52,049 nucleotides of DNA, taken from positions 2,701 through 54,749 of the forward strand of contig NW_005434437.1 in the NCBI RefSeq assembly GCF_000315625.1, written 5' to 3'. Positions 46,060 to 52,049 of the stretch are shown in pieces. The first letter of the stretch is position 1. The number at the start of each line of letters is the position of its first letter. The notes below the pieces were generated by a model. The model did no database searches and was not told where the DNA came from. It saw only the letters and a list, made by a program, of their open reading frames with translations. The translations under genes and the position numbers were made by a program. The DNA comes from Guillardia theta CCMP2712 (taxonomy: Eukaryota > Protista > Cryptophyta).

Positions 46060-48129
46060 ATGCTTGTGCGAGGGTGGTTGCGCCTTGTGGCGATGGTGGC
46101 GATGGTGGGCAGTGGGAGAGCGTTTCTTGGAGGAGGAGGAGCTTCCCTGCCCTTCAGTGCGATGATAGGAAAGGGTTCTGAGATGTTGCTTGACAACTGT
46201 GGTGAGTTTAGATTGAGTCAGAGACCCTCTTTCCCCTGTCGCCCCTTCCCTACTCTCCTTCTGCTGTATGCGCTGCTTGCTGTTGTTATATGCACTCAAC
46301 ACTTCAAGCTGAATTTTCATCGATATTTTCATCTCGTTCATGCGAATTCTTGTTGAAGCTTACTTTTCAAGCTCGCCGTCCCGAATATTGGGGCTACTAC
46401 AACTGCCGGTATTTCTTTGAGAGTCCATCGCATTTGTTAATATACTTGCAGATTAAGAGGAGGAGGAAGAAGCTCAAGTCTATCCATGTCCAGTAATGAG
46501 CAAAGGAAAGCTGGAAGCCCGAACTGCCTCAGTGCGGTACATCTCTCTTGGCTGTGATGTTAAAGTAAACCTGATATTCCCTGTCAGCTTCCGGGCACCA
46601 TGGAGAAAGATGACCAGGTCGACTTGCATGCTCATCCCGTTGACTCGTTGATGGCTCGAACCTAGTAGACTCCAAGGACACCTCTCGGGGCTCTTTCTCG
46701 CGTCCTCGTCGTCGGAAGCTCAAGGTTTGATCCTTGGTCGAAACATTCTTGATTCAACCTAGAATGCTTCAGGGGCATCGGATTAGAATTCGTCAAGCAA
46801 CTGCTGGCAAAGGTTTCGTTTCCTTAAGGAGATAGTGGACTTGACAAGAGTGAAAGGAATGCCTTGTGGTTGCAACTTATCGAGGAGAGAGCCCGGGTGA
46901 AGAAATGCAAAAGCTCAAGGTAGAGACGTGTAGGCTGCTATGAGTCCATGATTGGTTGTCAAGGCAAAGTATGGAGAGAAACTTGAGCTTTTGCAGCTGG
47001 ACGTAAGTGTGGAGCACCTGAATGCATGCTCCATCAGTGAATGCGATGGTAGGTCAAGGATGAGAAGAGTGTAGCCAGCGCTGCTGAAGCTCTCAAGGGT
47101 GAGAATGTGCCGATGTAACGATGCTCGAGCTTACTCGATCATAGCTCGGTTCAAGGGAAATCCAGAGCTCACGCACATTGTGCACAATGCTGGGATCTAT
47201 GGGCCTTCAGGGTGAGAATCGTGCTCTGAAGCAGCGAATGTTGATCTGGTTGAAAGAGTTGATTCACTGTCAGATCATTCGATGGCAAGCCTCGCAGCGG
47301 TCGGTCTGCAGCGCCTGCTGTCACCAAGGTGAGTGCATCAGAGTGGTCCTGCCCTTGCTGATTCCTGTCAACACTGTGCAGCAATCCATGATGGATGTGT
47401 TTGAAGTGAACACGGTCGGTCCTCTGCTAGTTGCACAGTCATTCGTGCCTCTCCTCAAGAAGCCAAAATCACCCCAGGTGCTAGTCCGTTTCTGTTCTTG
47501 TCTCTCACTCACCGAGATTGGTTCTAGGATTATCCTATTCTTGCCATCCTCACCAGCAAGGTGTGTGCAGCCCCCTTTCCTTTCCCAGCTGTCCGACTCA
47601 GGTCCACAGGTGGGAAGTGTTGATGACAATGGTTCCGGCGGGGCGTACGCGTACAGAGCAAGCAAGAGCGCCTGCAACATAGTGGTTCGATGAGATGAGT
47701 CCTTGTTCGTATCAGCCCCAACGTGTTCGCCTGCAGGCCAAGAGCCTCTTCAACGATCTCCGTGACGAGGTTCGTATGCGATGAACTTGCTTCGTAGAAG
47801 TGAGACGTGCTTCAGGCCGCGGTCTTCTTGCTGCATCCTGGGTGATCGTCAAAGTTTAGCTGAGTGCTATCATGCTCATGAAAGCCTAGGTATGTAAGAA
47901 CGGATATGACCAACGGACAAGGGCTGATTAACGCGGACGAGAGCGTGAGTGTTGGTCAGTCTGTGACGAACAAGAGATGAACAATGTCAGGTGTCTGGGA
48001 TGCTCCGAGCCATTGAAGCGACTGACGGCTCAACTCCTTTCCGTTGGGTAGACTACAAGGTGAGCGAACCAAGCATGATGTCTCTTAGTGACCTCAATCT
48101 CTCATCAGGCCTGTCTCATTCCATGGTGA
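46060..48129 (+). CDS. CsgA/C-factor-like short-chain dehydrogenase/reductase, probably plastid-targeted
   Basis: Spliced VLVVGSSRGIGLEFVKQL, LLQLDV, HNAGI, FEVNTVGPL, SKVGS, YAYRASKSA (YxxxK), LHPGYVRTDM, IPW-stop; N-terminal signal peptide ending GRA-F. Confidence 0.88.
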
Positions 48130-48176
48130 GAGCGAGAGAGCACTGGAACGCTGGTTATGTTCCTGATGTATTGCTG

Positions 48177-48779
48177 TCACTTGTCATAAAGAAGCCAACG
48201 AGATACATAATACATCTGTGAAGAAAGTCACTCCTGACGTTCTCTCGGATTCCAACTCACCGTAAAGAACACCACTACTATCAAACATGCTAGACCAAAC
48301 GTTGATTTGCTTCCATTGCTGTCAAACATGACCTGATGAAATGACTAAGTTACAATGCACTAATTTCGCACAATGTCAGCTTCACCCCCATCCGATTCAA
48401 AGTGGAAGATAAACTATGTCCAAGCAAGTAAGCAAGTCGACCAGTCGAGATCAAATACTCACAGGTTATCTGTCGAGCCCATTCCAGTTTGCATTTGATC
48501 CAGAGCCCTTCATTCATTCAGATTCTTTCAGACACGGTGCGAACAAACCTGTTCTGATCATTAACCTCATCCTTGATCGCAATCGTAACCTTGCATCGGT
48601 AAAAATCAGCGAGCTCCAGTAGCAAGTTGCAAGACAATCACATTCTTCAGTGTCAGGAGCTTGGAGTGAAGTGTTCCAAGAGCATTCTCATTCTGCTTCT
48701 CGATCGCATCGTCTGCTGCTGCTGCTGCTGCTCCACCGCCTGCGCTGCTCCCGCTGCCGCCATGCTGCCGTCGACTCAT
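48177..48779 (-). CDS. BET1: Bet1-like Qc-SNARE
   Basis: IEKQNENALGTLHSKLLTLKN|VTIAIKDEVNDQNR|ALDQM... plus C-terminal TM FGLACLIVVVFFT|MYYV. Confidence 0.8.
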
Positions 48780-48794
48780 TGCGCCGACACAAAC

Positions 48795-49205
48795 AGAGGG
48801 GTACGAGGGCGATGAGAACATCAGGTGGGGGCAGGGGGTGTGAGGGGTCACTGTTAAATTTATAGGGGTAGGGTCATACAAAAGGAAGGGTATAAGATTT
48901 GAAAACGACACTATATTCAGGGGGTGGGTTCTTTGATGGTGGGGGTCCTGTTGGGTGCTAATGTTTCGGGGGGTGGTTACCTTGAGAATGAGGGCGATGA
49001 TGGGCTGGATGAGCTGGCGTGTTGGGGAGCCTTGAGGTGGCCCCGGTGGGTCTTAAAAAGGGGGTGGGGGTATTTGTATAGGGGTATCTTTTATAGGAAA
49101 AATAACATAAAATGAGGGGTACAATTTTCAAATACTTGATTGAATCTTGAAGGGTGGGGTCCGATTGGGTTGCTAGTCAGCGAGTATGAGGGGGATGAGG
49201 GTCTG
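48795..49205. promoter_or_regulatory. GGGGTA-rich divergent intergenic block between BET1 and the TPR gene
   Basis: Repeated ggggta/ggggt words; function inferred from position. Confidence 0.4.
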
Positions 49206-49229
49206 TTCGGTTGACATTTTTTTGGTTCA

Positions 49230-52049
49230 ATGCCGGAGGGGCCGGAGGCGGGGAGGGAGGGGAACGGACGATGGCGAGACGCTGAGGAGGAGCAGAGACA
49301 TCATGAAGGAGCTGATGAGTGAGGAGTCTTGCTGCACGAGAGTCAGCGGTTGATGAGAAGTGATGGATGACTAGAATGCGTCGAAGGTGGTAACACGGTT
49401 CTACACTTGCTGTGGTGCATTTGGTGCAAAATCTGTGGAGGTAGACTAGTGGACAAGGACCCGGTCGATCTCTGTGATCACAGGCATCGATCGCAGCATG
49501 ACATCCTTAGAGATACAAAGGCGAGAGCAAGAGCTGGATGCTCTGATCAGAATGAAGGGCCTGCAGGACCCGATGGTGCTCCGTGCATGTCAGGAGCTTT
49601 GCGAGCATCTGAACGCGGAAGGCCTGAAGCTTCTACACTCTGACTCCCCGGACGAAGCTCTCAAGCTCCTTCGCAAAGCTGAGATCCTAGCGAGCAACGC
49701 CAAGGCCGAGTCAGAGATGCACTCACCCGTGGAGGCTGTAACCTACAACAACATCGCCTGCTGCCTCAAGAGAAAGGGAAAGCTGCGATCGGCTCTCCGC
49801 TACCTTGAAGTAGCCCGGCAGATCGAAATTGCTTGCGGGGACAGCGCTGCAGACCCTCCAGGGACGATGCTCAACTTGTGCGCGGTCCTGTCAGACCTTG
49901 GCAGACACGACGCGGCGCTTTCGCAAGCGCAAGCAGCAGCGGAGTTGCTGCAACACCAGATCGACTTGGCTGACAGTGAGAGCCAGCAGACGGCCAGCAA
50001 GAGGAGAGGGAAGGGAAAGAGCGTCAAGATGCAGCTCTCCCTCCTGGCGGTGGCCTATCACAACATCGGGGTTCAGCATGAGCATAGGGGTGACCTGCCA
50101 GCGGCGATAGACGCATACTCGGAAGGGATGCTGATCGCAAAGTACGGGGGAGAAGAGAGCGGAAGCTTGCTCGTGAAGCTCAAGCAGTCACATGCAGAAG
50201 CCAACAGCCGACTGAAGACGTTGGAAGCCCGTCGGCCTCATCTTCAAAGTTCCTCTAGCGGGTGAGTTGAAGTGAGCAAGTTTTGTCGGTTGTTGACTCA
50301 GAGTTTCAGCTCCATGGGCAACTACCCTGACATGTATCATGCCATCTCCGACTTTCGGAAGCAAGGCCGTTCCACCCCAGTCAGTCAAGGGCTCCCTAAG
50401 TCCAGCACTGCCAACTCCATCTACGGGGCTCAGGACAAGTGAGGATTGATTGAGTTGAAACCCAAGTTGACTACATCTCCCCACAGAATCAAGAAGTTTC
50501 GCCCTCATTCAGCGCCTCTTACTTATGCCAAGAACCCAAGCAAGGCTCCTTCACAAGCTGTTCGTCCTGACTTGACCCTCCAGCCTTGAAGTCACTCGAT
50601 TGGCAGGTGCGACGGATGACTACGTTGGGGCACGCTGAGGGTACACTGAAGCCCCTCCGACGTATGCTCTTCCTTGCCATGTCTTGTCTTGACTCTAGCC
50701 CTCAGAGCTGCGTCCTCACTCTGCCTTGGGGGCGGTGGAGGTCCTGCGGGGAGGAACCGGTCTGCTGTGGGAGACAGGGGGAAAGATGGGAGACATCTTT
50801 GAGGAGGTATGGGAGCTGTCAGGTTGATTGCTTGCGATGACTTCGGAGAGTCAGGACGGTGGACATGGAGCCCTTGGAGGGAGGAACTTGATGAAGAGGA
50901 GCAAAGGTATCACTCGGCCTTGCCGTCGCTGCAGTCTTATGTGAGGTCGCAACAGGGCAAGAGTGGAGGAGGGGCGGGCAGGAGCTGTCGAAGCCTTTGG
51001 ATGATGATTTCAAGGTGCTTTGTATTCCTCTTTCTTCCATCCCCTCACTCGTTTCAAGGCGCTCCTCCGTGAATGCGCTCGATCTGCTGGCTTCCTCGAC
51101 GGCAAACTTCTCATATCGCATGCGAAGGTGTGTTCACTTGCGTCGATCTCTTCCTCCTTCTCCTCCTCTGTTCGCCTCCTCCTTCACACTTTCTCTTCCT
51201 CCACATCTCATTCTTGTCGTCCTCTCGTTCCCTGTGTTCTCTCCCTTTCTCGCCTCCTCCTCTGTCGACCTTCACCTCCTCCTCCTGTTCAACTCTGACC
51301 ACAGAGGCAGCGTGAAGCACATGACTTCTTCAAGCAACGAGTCACAGCTGCAGCGCCTTCCAAGGACGACTTGACTTCGAGCCGTCAGGCCAGGGCAGCA
51401 GAGCCGACGGAGAGGATGGGGCCTCGAACTCCGAGGGACGGGAGCGATGCCCCTGCTGACGAGAGGAGGAAGAAGCTGGTCCTTCGACCGCGGCGACGGG
51501 TGGAGGCATCGACACAGGATCAAGAGAACCAGGACGAGGAAGAGGAGGTGGTAGAGGATGCCGGGGATGGGGACGAAGAGTTCTCCGCGAGGGGGGAGGA
51601 GGACGCGGACGCGGGAGGGGAAGAGGGAGCAGGGGAGGAAGAGGATCTGGTGGAGGCTCTCCTATCCGACCAGCCGCCAAGGGCTGGACGTGAGGAGGTG
51701 AGGAGGAAGGCGGCGGAGGAGCACATGATGCAGGGGAAGGGATCAGCTGCGAGGCATCGGCAGGTGCTGAAGATGTCAGACATGTTTCTGAGCGACGATG
51801 AGGATGATGAAGATATCGAGTCTCCTCGCTCCTTCCGCAATCGAGTCGGTGCCTTCGATGCTGCCGCCAGCATAGCGGGTGGGGCAGCAGCAGCGAGGAG
51901 CTTCGCACGTGGGACCAGGAAGGCGGAGGGAGGGAGCAGACAGCTCCCGTCAGGAGACATATCGTTCAGCTACACGAGCGAGGAGGAGGAGGAGGAGGGA
52001 GGGAGGTGAGACATCTCATACAGATACATGAGCGAGGAGCAGGAGAAGG
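49230..52049 (+). CDS. TPR-repeat protein (kinesin-light-chain-like TPRs) with low-complexity acidic C-terminal exons; runs off the window
   Basis: AVTYNNIACCLKRKGKLRSALRYL, GTMLNLCAVLSDLGRHDAAL, AVAYHNIGVQHEHRG. Linkage of the 51.4-52 kb exon to the same gene is less certain. Confidence 0.75.

Noticed and set aside
46212-46265. Fe/Mn-SOD-like start (FPLSPLPYSPSA)
   Set aside because: Short chance resemblance; no SOD metal-binding motifs follow and the gene is an SDR.
1-52049. rRNA, tRNA or snRNA genes
   Set aside because: None recognised by eye; covariance-model searches could not be run.

Overview
Eukaryotic nuclear DNA, not prokaryotic: gene-dense and GC-rich, with many short (~45-70 bp) GT-AG introns and two 100-N scaffold gaps. 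Gene content (signal peptide + Phe plastid presequence, several PDZ genes, MVA pathway) is consistent with a complex-plastid alga, possibly a cryptophyte (inference only). Bases 1-5.7 kb are a nest of truncated, deleted and inverted copies of one CRE-like non-LTR retrotransposon with a restriction-like endonuclease (RLE). One copy has a clean 6-bp target-site duplication (TSD) inside a probable host exon. The remainder holds about 14 genes: an EF-hand x3/C2 protein, a 3xFKBP-TPR immunophilin, separase with an internal SAP motif, a TM-ARM-PDZ-RING-CH E3 ligase, diphosphomevalonate decarboxylase, a PDZ/Sfi1-like-repeat coiled-coil protein, a DUF1990 protein, a 2xPDZ protein, a C2 protein, a CsgA-type SDR, a Bet1 SNARE, a TPR protein and a few hypotheticals. 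The most unusual signals are: (1) transposon copies decaying mostly by short, often locally templated insertions; (2) non-coding blocks made of a small word vocabulary (CCGG/TGACTC/ACGGT, and GGGGTA/TACCCC at gene 5' ends); (3) ubiquitin-tail-like (L)RLRGG motifs in two N-terminal presequences; (4) several unusual domain architectures. Exon structures were read by eye, so gene ends are approximate where stated.
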